Of a stretch of DNA of 64,000 nucleotides, positions 15,030 through 26,939 are shown piece after piece (position 1 is the first letter of the stretch; each line of letters opens with the position of its first letter). The notes beneath the pieces were generated by a model, which worked only from the letters and a program-made list of their open reading frames with translations, ran no database searches and had not been told where the DNA came from. The position numbers were made by a program, and so were the translations under genes. Origin of the DNA: Raillietiella orientalis (Eukaryota); assembly GCA_036172245.1 (NCBI GenBank), contig JAYWIR010000005.1, forward strand, positions 1,054,001-1,118,000. Direction: 5' to 3'.

Positions 15030-15150
15030 GAGCAGAGGAGGAGGAGGAAGAGGGAAAAGGAAAAAGGAGAAGGTGGAAGAAGAAAATAGGAGGAAGAAGG
15101 ATGGAGGAAGGGGAAACAGGAGGAGGTAAGGAGGAAGAAGGAAGAAGGCG
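15030..15150. repeat. Purine-rich (GGA/GAA)n low-complexity tract
   Basis: gaggaggaggaggaagagggaaaaggaaaaaggagaagg...; a similar tract lies at 13170-13240 and a pyrimidine-rich one at 5560-5680. Confidence 0.7.
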
Positions 15151-18100
15151 GTTGGCAGCGGCAAAGAGGAAGGCGTTCCGAGAGTTCGGTGCCCCCGAGG
15201 CGGCGCTCCCAGACGGAGGACATGGAGGAGTAACCAGGGTGAGGGGCAGAAGGACCACAGAGAGATGCCCCAACCGGGGACCTCCTGGACTGTCAGAGAC
15301 GGAGCAGAGAGCGAAGCGATCCTCTTGACGACCGACGGAGAAACCTTCGGCGGAGAACCAGGGGCCGGGGACTAAAGATGGGCGGGAGCGGAGCTTCGCG
15401 CGCACCTCCGCGGAGATATAGGTGAGGGGGAAAGGGGCTGGATGGTCAGCGCGGTTCGTGAGAATTTCGCAGGCGCGCGGCCTGCATAGGTACCGGAGTC
15501 TAACGTCCCCATTTTCACCGGCAGAAATTTAATGGAATGAGATGTGGGCTTGAGGCAATGGCCAGAATAGGAAGTGTGGTGGGGTAGAGGAGGGTCGTGT
15601 TCTGAGCCTAGGAATTCCCTGAACTGGAATGCTCCGAAAGGTATCGCGGCGATCGCCCGCCGGAGCAACCGTCCCTGGAGACGGGTGGTGCTTGGCGACC
15701 CTGCACACTGGCCGGAGAGGGAGTTCGGCGTGGACCTGGTCCCAGGTCCTCGATGGGGTGGCGTCAGGGAGACCCCGGATGTCCATAGGAGCAGCTTCTG
15801 GATCGGCTCGACAGACGAAGACGTTAAGGCGGCGGGAGACGAAGCGACCAATCAGAATACGAGCCGACTCGCAGAAGGGGAGGCAGCCTCCCCCTCTCCA
15901 CTTCCTCCCTCAAGATGGTGAGGACGAGTGGGGCGCGAGGTGGCGAGGCGCGCTTCTTTCGCATGAAGCGTCGGAACTTCCGGCGCGCAATGGGTCACTA
16001 GCGTGCCGGGAAGGTTCCGGGAAGGGAAGGGCAACGAGATCCGTCGAGAGGCGGCGGCCCCGTGCAGGGACAGCGGGGGCCCGCAAGCACGCGGACTCTC
16101 TGAAGATGCGGGATGCGCAAGATGGAAGCGGGAGCCAAGGAAGGGGAGGGGATGGTTCTGGAAAACTTTTTCCAAGCTGCATATGATGGTGGCACCCTTG
16201 CCGATCGATTCCGCCGCCCCGCTTGCGAGGCTGCAGCGAACCTCCGCCGCAGCGTCTCACCCCGGCTGGATCGCGGGGACGGTCGCGACCTCAGGAGAGC
16301 AGCGAGTCTCGGTTCTCAAAGAGCTGCGCGTCTCTTCTGCTTCTCCGGGCAACGCAAAAGTTCCCCATCCCCTTCCGACCGAGAACCTCTCGCCATCTGC
16401 CCTGCGAAGAGGCCAGTCGAGGAAGCGGACAAAGATTCTTGCAGGAAGGGGGGGATTAGACTGAGGATTAGAATATGGAGGAGGCGTCTCTCGCGTGGAA
16501 TCCGCCGGCGGGGCGCCTTCGATCGCTGACTGCGAGCCGCCGAAGATCAGAATGATCAGAAAGACTGCCGCCGCGGACGCGTCTTCCCCGCCCGGCCGGT
16601 CACCATGGCGGCTTGGATCCGCGGAGTCACCGAGAGCATCCGGGATAGCCGGTGGGTCCGACGACGACCCCGGGAGCTCCAGGAAGGAAAGAGGGGCCGG
16701 CGCGCGTCTCCTTCGATCTTGGCTCAGAGCCCAAAAATCTGCGTCTGGTCTAGGCGGTGGAGGAGGAGGTGGAGGAGCAAGGGCGGACAGACATGCGATT
16801 CTTGGGAGGTGGAGTCCCACGGGGTTTTGAGGGTGGGATGCGTGGGAGGAACCGGCTGATCTGGCAGCCCTGCTGGGGCGACAGTGGGAAGGAGGAAAAT
16901 GCGCGTCGGGGCGGCAGGAAGGAGCGAAAAATCGTTGCGCGTTCCTGGGGAGCAGGCGAGGGGCAGGTTTCCCGGCCAGGCAGGCCTCCGGGTATCCCTC
17001 CGCTCGGGAGTTCGAGTTGCACGCTGGGGACATCTCCTGAATCGCCTTTTCTTCTTTTGCTTTCCTCCTCATCCTTTCCTTTTTCTTCCCCAAACTGGAG
17101 CTGGTCCGCGCTGGCGGCCGCGTGGCTGACGCGACACCGGACGTCGTTGCTTCGAATCCTGCCTGGAGAGGGAAGCTGAGAATGGGGGATGAGTCGTGGA
17201 GTTTCGAGTTCCCCCCGCAGGATGACGCTGGCTGACCTCGGTTGGCCTGTTCGGGTGCGGCTGCACCGCTGGAAGCAGCTGGATGCCCCTGTTGACTGGC
17301 CGGGATCGGAAGTTGACCCTCTAGGGTACCTTCCAGGACTGCTCAAAGAACCCTTCGGGGTTCCCCTCCAGCTGTGAAAATGGCGTCATCTTCCCCCTCG
17401 GGGAGGGGGACGTATTCATCTCGTACCATGGAGATACGAGATGGTACGAGATGTGCACTTGCACCCCTCCAGAGGTGTCAGGAAGTGTGCCCGCTACCTT
17501 TGGGAGGTGCCGTTCAGAGGGAGAGGGAACAACGAGAGGTTTCCTTGCGGGTCCAGGAGGGGATCCGGAGATGAAATGAGGAGCGAACTGGAAGGTCTCT
17601 CCTTAGAGAACAAGTAAGAAATTTCCTTCTAGATGATAGCCAGGGCGGAGGGTTCCCTTAGGGGTTCCCTCCCAAGCGTGAGAGGAACGGACTCCTTCCT
17701 CGGGAGTCCTTCCTGGATTCATGAGGTTGTTCCCTCCCGAGGCACCCCCTAACTTGAGGAGTTACTACACGCACGCTCAGCAATATCTGTGCTAAAGTGT
17801 GGATCTTACAGCGCCTTCCTCAGGTACCATATAGCAGCCAGTGATGTCTGCTAAGCTGGTCTTAAAGCAATTAAAAATTTTCTTCAATTTCCATGCCACC
17901 GATAAAAGATTGTCTTTTGGCAGAACCAAAACTACCCTAATTTTTCGGACAAAAGCAGCCCTGTGGTTGCCAGTAGCAGATGGAAAATTTGTGCGAAACT
18001 ATTTCACGCTCCTCCTGCCTGTAGGAAATGAATTGTTTGATTTCCGAAAATTGTGTACAACCAAGTGGTCAGGGCACGAAATTGTAATAAGCACAATTAG

Positions 18101-19852
18101 CTAATATGGCAGTTTCGTTACTCAATGCTCGTAATTTATTAATACTACGTAGTGATAGATGGTAATTCTTTCATGCTCATGCTCAGCACCAAAATGTAAT
18201 TGGACTACGTGATAACGCAGGGTACGCCAAGCTTTCCCCTTTTTTCGTAGACAGCGAGCATTCACCATCATTCCACGGTATTGCCGACTAGACCGTACGT
18301 CATGAAATGGTTTAACTGACAATACGTATATACGTATCAGCTTGCATTGCATTCACTTTGCACCTCATGTGAATCGAAGCTTGTTTCCATCTTGCAGACT
18401 GATTTATATTCCGCTGAGGTCAAATTTGTCCTCCGCTTCGAACCGAACGGAAGCCAAAGTCACCCCACAGCCGAAACCTTCGGATTAGTCTGAAGGCATT
18501 GGCTTTTCCCGTCTCGTGAGCTTTCGGACTTGGGATCTTCAGCACCTGATAACAGATCGGCGTAATCCCGGAGAAGCAGATGATAAATCTTTCCTAAGGA
18601 TCATGTGGCCGGAAATCCATTTGGCTGCTACTGAGATCACAAGAACAGTTTCCATTCCCGACATCAAGAGAGAAGCCACTCTTCATTTCTCAGTGCACCG
18701 CTCCTAAGAGTCCATCCATTCTTTTGATCCTACGCTTTGACGCCACTGCTTTTGCCTGTAAGACGACGATGCTTCACTGGAGTCCTCGTTCCGAACAAAG
18801 AAGGAATCTTTTCATAATCTCGAGGTTTGCTCTCGGTGACAGCGGCATTATTCGAAGTCGCCTCTTACCATAAAGAGAAGAAGAAAAAAAAAAAACATCG
18901 GGAAGCAGTTCCTGAATTTCGCTGGTCTCTTTACTCACAAGACCACCAGTCCCGCTCGGAGACTTTACAAACTGAGAATGCATCTCGGTTTGCTTTACCT
19001 TCGTCTCCCCAAGCCATTGTGACCACGTTCCTGAGTTCCCAGATCGAAACTTTCACTGCAGCTCTTTCACTCCTCGTGACGCTTTGTGTATATGCGTCTG
19101 CCTTCTACCTTGGGTAGAAATGACATCCTCAAGAGTAGTTAGAAGTCACCGCTTTTCCCACTGAAAAGACGTCCTTGCAAACAGATTGCCACTCTTTTTA
19201 GGTGGCATTGGTTGCACTGCGGGTATCCATCATCAAGAAGTACTGCTACGGGTCTTTTGGAAGTTGTGACCTTCGCTGGTGATATGGGAACTGCTGAAAG
19301 CCTGCCGGGCGAAGAAATCACGCAGGGGTGCAAACAGCAAGATCAACGTGATTTCCCCCCCGCGGAATGGTGAAAACGAGGCCAACCGTACACATCATCA
19401 GTGGAGAAACCTCATTGACGGCCCCACAGAAGGTCACACCTCAGCCTTAGAGTCGCAAGGATTCGCCCGTCAGGCGGGAAGGGAAAATACAGTTTCGAAC
19501 TGAAGCGAGTCACTACCGCCGTTTTATCGAAAATGAGAAAAAATAAAGTCGTTCCTTATTTACTGCTCAATTAACATACCACTTATACCCTTCTTGATAA
19601 TGAACGCAACACAACTCTCGATGAAAATGGTTTTGTGTGTGATGATCTACTTTACAATTTCCCTTGAAATCCACGTAAACTTCAACTGAGTAATTCGTCA
19701 ACATAAACACACGATACAAAGGATGAATGCCGTTTTAATTTTTGTAATTGCTCACCTGGTGAATTGTGTTACAGTAGCAAAATACAATCCCAAGTGGGAC
19801 TTGACTATAAACTAATATCAGGAAACAAAGTTACCATCAGCCTAGTGGCTGA

Positions 19853-19858
19853 TTTATT
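19853..19858 (-). terminator. Possible polyadenylation signal of Tim23
   Basis: TTTATT on plus (AATAAA on minus) about 520 nt downstream of the Tim23 stop codon. Confidence 0.35.
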
Positions 19859-20372
19859 CGAGTATCATGGCTTTGTGGTACAGCAAAAATTATTTTAACA
19901 TGAACAATTGAACTTTTGATTTTATGAACTGAAGCAGTGTAAGTGCACATCTGTTAAAATGACAGCAAAAAAAAAAAAAAAAACGCAGTGGCAACAATAG
20001 ACTTTAAATAAATTCCAAGTAAGTTTCAGTGTATAATGCAGTGCTTGTCAGAACCATGTGTGAAATGCAAACTCCATATTCACTGATCTGTGTATATGTA
20101 CTCCATGAAAGTCAAGTATACATGAAACTGCAGGACAGAAATCATGGCATCTTGGCCCAATGGCGTAAATACCACCATTGCAATATTAATAAGATTTAAA
20201 AACAGCACCATGACCCTACTTAAGCAATTACCATTATTTAAGCAATCTGCAACCTACAATAGAAACAACCATAACTGTGAGTCCATGATACATGGTTGCT
20301 GATCAAGATAAGGCATCAGAACAGTTTCCAGTTAGCAAGAGTTACTTGAATAAAATAAAATAACACACAAGT

Positions 20373-21515
20373 CTATTTGAAAAAATTTTTGAGTTTCTTT
20401 CTTGAATTCCACAGACAGTATGTTCCTGCAATCCCCAATCCAACTGAACCACCAAGAACACATTTTCTGAGACCAGCTAATTGACAAAAAAAAAAAAAAA
20501 ATGAAACACTGGTATTTATGAAGTTACTAATACCAGCTGATTTGTACAAAAGACCAGTTGCAGTAGCTGCTGAAAGTGTATTGATTTCATCATCTACTCC
20601 ACGTAACCATGACAGCAACACACCAAACCCACTATACATCACTGCTATTATACCAAGTGTATTTGCAGTTGATGTTCCTTGTTTTGTTACATAGTTTAGG
20701 AGTCTGAAAAACCAATGCTGTGCATACATTAATGACACAAGAATTTACTTACTGTACTCTTCGAACTTTACCAATATAACCAGCATGGGATGTGTCTCTG
20801 AGTCCATTATAAAATCCATTTGCTCCTCCAATAGCAGCACCTATCATGCAAGAACCACCAATCTGGGAAAAAGCTAACTCAAAACGGCCACGTTGCCGTG
20901 ATGCACCTTCAGGAAATATGAATTCTGGTTGATCAGGTAAAAAATTGGGATCAATGTAATATGGTGAAAGTGACTGCAAATTTGAATCACCAGGACCTAG
21001 TTAGAAAAGTGCAAATCAGAAAATGAAGTTTAAGTTACCCAATACATAAAAAGAAATAATAAAGCACCTATAGATTGTTAAAAACATTTGCAAAACTAAT
21101 ATCAGGAAACTAAAATCTGGAGCATCATTTCACAATAAAATCCGACATCTCTACTTATATGTGACAATCAACTTGGATTTTCAAATACCAAATGCAAATT
21201 GCTAAGGATTTTACATTTCCGTCTCACTTTCTGTCTTAGATAAACATGCAAAAATGTTTCAAGTGGCTGCAGAATTTCCAATGAAGCAACTTGCAAAAAC
21301 TTTCAAACTGTTTATGAAATGTATTAATATCCTGTAATTATTTCTAGCAATTTCTGCAAACCGATATTATCCTTAATTTGTCTTACACACAACCATGTGG
21401 ATGCATAACACATTCAAACAAGCTGAAACATAATCCAATCTTGAATCGTACCTGTTTTGACTTTGTCATCGTTGTTAAAAATTGAGAAAATTGATTTTCT
21501 TTGGTTATTATCCAT
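20373..21515 (-). CDS. Tim23: Mitochondrial inner-membrane import translocase subunit Tim23, 4 coding exons, 193 aa
   Basis: Exons (minus) 21515-21452, 20996-20753, 20703-20534, 20476-20373; all introns GT-AG and phases join to 582 nt. Spliced protein: MDNNQRKSIFSIFNNDDKVKTGPGDSNLQSLSPYYIDPNFLPDQPEFIFPEGASRQRGRFELAFSQIGGSCMIGAAIGGANGFYNGL...VQLLNYVTKQGTSTANTLGIIAVMYSGFGVLLSWLRGVDDEINTLSAATATGLLYKSAAGLRKC... RGRFELAFSQIG and ANTLG..A..YS.FG are hallmark Tim23 motifs. Confidence 0.95.
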
Positions 21516-22825
21516 CAGGAATTCATGTATGAGCACAGTTATTATTCATAATACACTGGAGTTGTTTCCTTAATACCTAGAAATGTGTTTAAAAGTGAAA
21601 TCGCTTATTGCTAATGAAAAACATAATTGAACACAACATGCATCCTCAAATTTTTCAAACGGAATTGCCTATTTATCAGACCATCCAAACTTATAAACAG
21701 AACGCAAAATTGCTTTGGATGTGAACTCATTTGCATATCCTACTTCCATCTCATAGTAATTTCCTCCATTATATTTTTATTAGGACAATGTATATATATA
21801 CATGCATACACATTTGCAGATTTACTGATTCGCATGTGGGTACAAATTTATCAAGCCAACCTACAAAGTACAAATGTGATGCAGAAGAATTGTGACATGA
21901 AAGAAAATACAAGTGACATGCTTGCATGCAACCACTTATGTATTTTACAGCTAGTCGGTTATGCAGATTCTACATCTGCTTTCAAGAGGGCATTTTCTTT
22001 CTAAGCTACTATATTCACTGGACACCTTAATAAAGTCTCCATTCATTCACTTGTTCCAGAGAATGACCCGAAGCATGTTCACACCGGTATTGTAATCGCA
22101 ATATGTACTTGTTACTCTTAAACGAACAATAATACAGAAAATAATACACAAACAGAAGATTATGCATTTTTCGCAGCATTGGTTGAAAATTTTGTGTTTT
22201 TTCGATATAGATGATTCCATTTTAATAAATTACATATGTTTTGAAATCGTGGACCTCAACAACTGAATTTAATCACTTGTGCTCACTAAGTTTGTTTTTG
22301 CGCTGGCATATGACTGGAGGGCAAATTAGTGGTCAGTACTGTGAAGAAAGCGAAATAACTAGTGGTTTCATTGGTTTCTTATAAATTCCAAGATGTTGAT
22401 TGAAAGTATTTTGAAGAATGGAAACAAAAAAAAAAAAAACGCGTCGTTTTGATTGAATGTTGTGATCAATGTAAATGGATGTAGATTCTAAAATGTCAAC
22501 AGTTAAAAATTTAATTGACGTAATTGCATCAATAACGTTGATCACTACAGGTGTAGAACAGCTTGTTTTAGGATAGTAATCTTCAGCATTCAGAGATATG
22601 TTGTGTAGTGGTTGATTAATTTGAAATATAGGTGGAAGGCTGAAAAAATGTAGCCAAAAGTTTTGAATTATTTTTTTTAATAAATATATTTTTTCCGAGG
22701 AAAACTTATTTTATTTCAGGTTTTGTTTCATATGAAGTGTTTGTGATTTTACTGTAATCCTTAATTTCAAATTTGTTTTTTCCAGCTTTGTTATTTTTGT
22801 ATTATCTCACCGACAGAGGAGCAGA
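21516..22825. promoter_or_regulatory. Divergent (probably bidirectional) promoter region plus 5' UTRs shared by Tim23 and the BTB-ZF gene
   Basis: Start codons point away from each other 1.3 kb apart. Both coding exons are preceded by splice acceptors (minus-strand TTTCTAG near 21577; plus-strand TTTTCCAG ending 22785), implying non-coding first exons in between. CpGs cluster locally at ~22070-22250 inside otherwise CpG-poor DNA. Confidence 0.6.
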
Positions 22826-25698
22826 ATGAATACTGAGCACTATATTTTGAAATGGCATAATCATCAAGCAAATTTTGTTCAAATGTTCGAACAACTCTTC
22901 CAAGAAAATAGCCTAGTAGATGTGTCCTTAGCATGTAATGATGGGGAATTATTCACTGCACATAAAATGGTTCTTTCCGCTTGTAGTCCATATTTCCGTA
23001 AATTATTTGTTCAGCATGTTTCAAAGGATTTAGTTATAGTACTAAAAGATATAAGATCTAAAGAACTAAGGTCGTTGTTACAATTTATGTATACTGGATC
23101 AGTGAATGTTACCAAAAGTGATTTAGCTGGACTTCTAAAAGCAGCTGAATGTTTGCAAGTGAAAGGCCTCACTGAGATTGCACTTAAAGAGGATCCTAAT
23201 TTATTATCTCGATTCAATGTCATTAGTGAACCAAAACAAACTTTTCTGCCTTCAAATTCATCAGCTCCAGAAAACCCACCATTAGTTGAAGTCCCAGACG
23301 TCAGAAATAATGAAAACAAGGAAAGTACTACAGAACCAGTGTTGTCTTCATGCAATTTGAATGAAAATACATCCAAGCCTGCTAGAAATGGACATCAGCG
23401 TAAGAATATGTGCCCCCAGAAAATACTTAACGTGGAACCTGGAACAACAGACAATATCTATAACCGACTCTATAATGAGATTAATCACATTGATGGGAAA
23501 AATGATATTTCTGATTCTGAAATGCTGAAGAACAGAGAAGTAAAACAAGAATGTGATAGCATTTTATCTGTGAAAAGCAATGGTGATTCAGATTATAGTC
23601 AAAGTAAAAAAAAAGCATCAACTCCTTCAAATCAGATGTCTTGTAGATCAAAGAGTATGTCAAAATTAAATGAAAATCTTAAAGATGAAGAGTCCAATGA
23701 AACTGATGAAATGGATGTGGATGATTCAAATGATGTTACCAAATCAGTAAAGGAACCCATACCTATGGTAGGAATTACCTGCTGATCATTTATTGATGTC
23801 AGCTTTTTTCTTGAACAAAATGTGCAGTATTTATTAATTGAATAGATGGTGTATTATAAGCATAACATTTATAAATACATAAGTGTATCAAGCATAAAAA
23901 AAGTCGTTCATTCGAAGTTTGATTCCATGTGATTGTAAAGTGTATTTGGTAGAAATTTGTTTAATGATCTTGCTTCTCTCTGCTGCTGAATTTTTTAAGG
24001 GAAAAAACTAATTCCAAAGTGTGTTTCCACGTTAGGGCATTGTGATTGTGTGCATGCAATTTTAAAAAGATTTTGATCTATCTGGTGTTCAGACAGGAGA
24101 AACATTCCTTAGAAGATGAAGAAAGCAATGAAAATTCGTTTTCTGAGTGTGAGCTTCTAGATTCAAGCCTCTGTCTTTCTTTTTTTCTCTGTGGTGAAAA
24201 TTTGATAGATATTATGCTGAACAAGTAAGGTGTACTTTCTAACATACTGCAAACATGGCATCATATTCCTAGTTTGTTATTCTTCCATCCAAAACTGATC
24301 CTTCTAGTTACAGTGCCCATTTTGTTTTCATATGCTCGGTTTCGTGTCAGATGGTTTAGTTTTATATATGTTGATATTCTGGTGATATGTTTCAAGATGG
24401 CATAATTTGCTTATAGTACCTGTGACTGTATTGTATGGCATCTCAGACAATAAAGTACGTTGTCTTCAGCTGGATTTGTAAACTTCTCAGTTCATTATGT
24501 TATGTTCGTTTTGTCTGTGATTAAATGAAATGTGTGGAATCTTGTGTTTTTGGTGTAAAAATTTTGGTTGTGTGGGTGTAAAGCTATTGCTAGAAAGTTT
24601 ATGACAGGTAAATTGTAGCCAAAAAATAAAATGCGAAAAAAAGATGCCAAACTTATTAATCAACTGGACTAAATAAAACTACATGAGTAGAGTATGTATT
24701 CATGTGATGTGCAATGAAGAAATTTTAGAAAATTATCATACACTTACACAGAAAAATATAATGATTCATTTCATAAACTTTATGAGGAATCTTAGCTCAC
24801 ATATTTTTAGTCTGTATGGAAGCGTATTTTTTTATTGAGTATGAATTGATTATATTAACCATGTGGTGCTGAATCAGCAACTCTTAGTTTTTGTAATGTT
24901 TTGAAAGTTGTAGTTGCTCAATTTGTGAAATAGACAGTGTTGTTGAAGGTTGTTACCAAAAATTTCAAATCTTTGAAAAGGAATACTGAATTTCCATATT
25001 TCTTGATCACCTTTGCCTTGAATAAATAGTGGTCTGCATTTGCCAAGACATTTTAAAAGAATTTGACATAGCTCTTGGTGTTGTGTTAGTGAAACCTAGG
25101 AATGGAAAGGTGAGAGTGGCATATGGAAATGTGTACAACTGTTTCATTTGTATGTTTCTATTTTATTGCATTGTCATGTCATACTTCAGGTAATGTGAAC
25201 TATAAAAATGAAATTTCCCACTGTCTGAATCTTTTACTTGTTCAGTATGGTAGTATTTCTTATGTGATCTGTGCATGCAACTCTCCATGCTAGGATGTGC
25301 AAAACACTTTTTGTAACAACTTTTGTATTGACATCGTATTGCCATAACTTATCACAGGTCGATGATTATTGAAGAGTGTGGTAGCATGAATCATTATAAT
25401 AATAAGTTGGGAAGTGTGTTTGAGAGCTTATTGGTGATCTGATTTTGTGTTTTGTGTTTAGAGACTCTTTCAAATGTTACATGGAAATTTGCAAGGATCT
25501 TGGAGGGATGAAGAAGGAATGTTCCAGTGCCCTCTGTGTCCACGTAAAGTTAAGGATGCATCGAATTTCAAGAAACATCTGCGTACTCACACAGGAGAAA
25601 AGCCATATTCCTGTTGTTTTTGTGGACGCACCTTTAATAGATCTGAAAATCTCAAAATACATATCCGAAGTCGACATCGTGATCATTTAACTCAGTGA
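22826..25698 (+). CDS. Tramtrack-group BTB/POZ transcription factor with a C-terminal pair of C2H2 zinc fingers (bric-a-brac/broad/ttk-like family; orthology not assigned)
   Basis: Exon 22826-23767 encodes a ttk-type BTB domain ([12 protein letters not shown]...LVDVSLAC...[17 protein letters not shown]...[12 protein letters not shown]...[13 protein letters not shown]) and ends at ATG|GTAGGA (phase 0). Terminal exon 25462-25698 (TTTAG acceptor, phase 0) encodes [53 protein letters not shown] small internal exon near 24097-24148 is possible but unresolved. Confidence 0.9.
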
Positions 25699-26885
25699 TT
25701 TCATATGCTGTGAAAAAAGCTTTTCTGTTCCATTTCTCTTTTCCGTCCTTTTATTGCCTGAGAGAAACGCAATTCCTAATTGAACTTTGCTACATTGATA
25801 TTGTAAATCCATTTCTGTTAGCAAACTGTGATGTCTATTTTATGATGTTATGCAGCCCCCTAAGGTCTGTAAGTCATCATGTTAGAAAGATGTGTTTATT
25901 TTTTTAATGAATGCATAATTAATAATCGTTTTTCATATAAGTTTATATTTGAATGAAAAAAATCCTGGATCATGTGCTCTGATTAAATATCTATTATATT
26001 CCAAAATCAACGATGAGATTGCTTCAGTGTGAATGTGTAAAAATTGAATAATGTGAAAATCCTCCAAAAAGTAAGTGTTACTAATGCATCATCACTTTTA
26101 TCAGTGACTTGGTTAAGTTAAGTTGATGCCATATATATAATTTCAGAATATTTTATTTTTGTGCGTGCATAAGGAATATAATTTAATTCAATTTGATGTG
26201 CAAGTGGTACTGTGATACCAAGAAAGTATTGTTCGGATTAGACATTAACAAGACTTGTAATTTCTTATGTGTAAATAAGTTTTCTGTATTGATTCTGTTT
26301 TACCGCAAGCAAAGCCCAGAATTCTTAATTCGCGTATTTTCTATCGTTTTTTGTTTTTTTTTTTTTACGTTTTTACTCTTTTGAGATCTTGGTAACAAAT
26401 TTTGTGTGTACTTGTGTGTATATAATTTCAAGTGTGTGCATGTTATGTTTGGCTCGGTCGGTACTTAAGTTCTCTCCCATTAAATGATAAGCATCCTGAA
26501 ATGTGCCTTCACATTCCCAAAGTGCTTCCTACTCGCGCATTCCATTCAGATCTTACAATTTATGCTGAATGTTTGTATTCATGATGATTACTGTAGGTTT
26601 TTCAGTGTAATACCTCCTTTCAGAAAAAAAAAGCAAAAAAAAAAACACACACACAAAAAAAAAATACTCAAATTTTTCGAATTCTATTTTTACATTGGTA
26701 CTGAAAAGCATTTATTAACCATGAAATGAAGTTCTTCATGTGTACTCTATAATACTCTTTGAAATCAAGTGTCGCATTTTATGTTTCAGATCATTCTGTT
26801 GTTTTGTAATTTTATATTCATTTTTTTTTTTTCATTGTATTGAAGTGGAAATTTTAAATTAGGATATTAAGCAATGTTTATGTAA

Positions 26886-26891
26886 AATAAA
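26886..26891 (+). terminator. Probable polyadenylation signal of the BTB-ZF gene
   Basis: AATAAA followed by a T-rich downstream tract (26916-26941), at the end of the AT-rich 3' UTR. Confidence 0.5.
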
Positions 26892-26939
26892 ACTTTTTAG
26901 AAAAGAGAGAGGTATGTTTTATTTTTTCCTTTTTTTTTT

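Noticed and set aside
1169..17346. Many long overlapping ORFs (e.g. 1169-2134, 5124-6242, 12567-13493)
   Set aside because: Arg/Pro/Gly/Ser-rich translations on all six frames are expected from high GC; no recognisable domains, so not called as genes.
18521..18542. Hammerhead-like CTGAAGA...GAAA on the minus strand
   Set aside because: Stem II does not pair and no stem III/NUH cleavage site can be formed.
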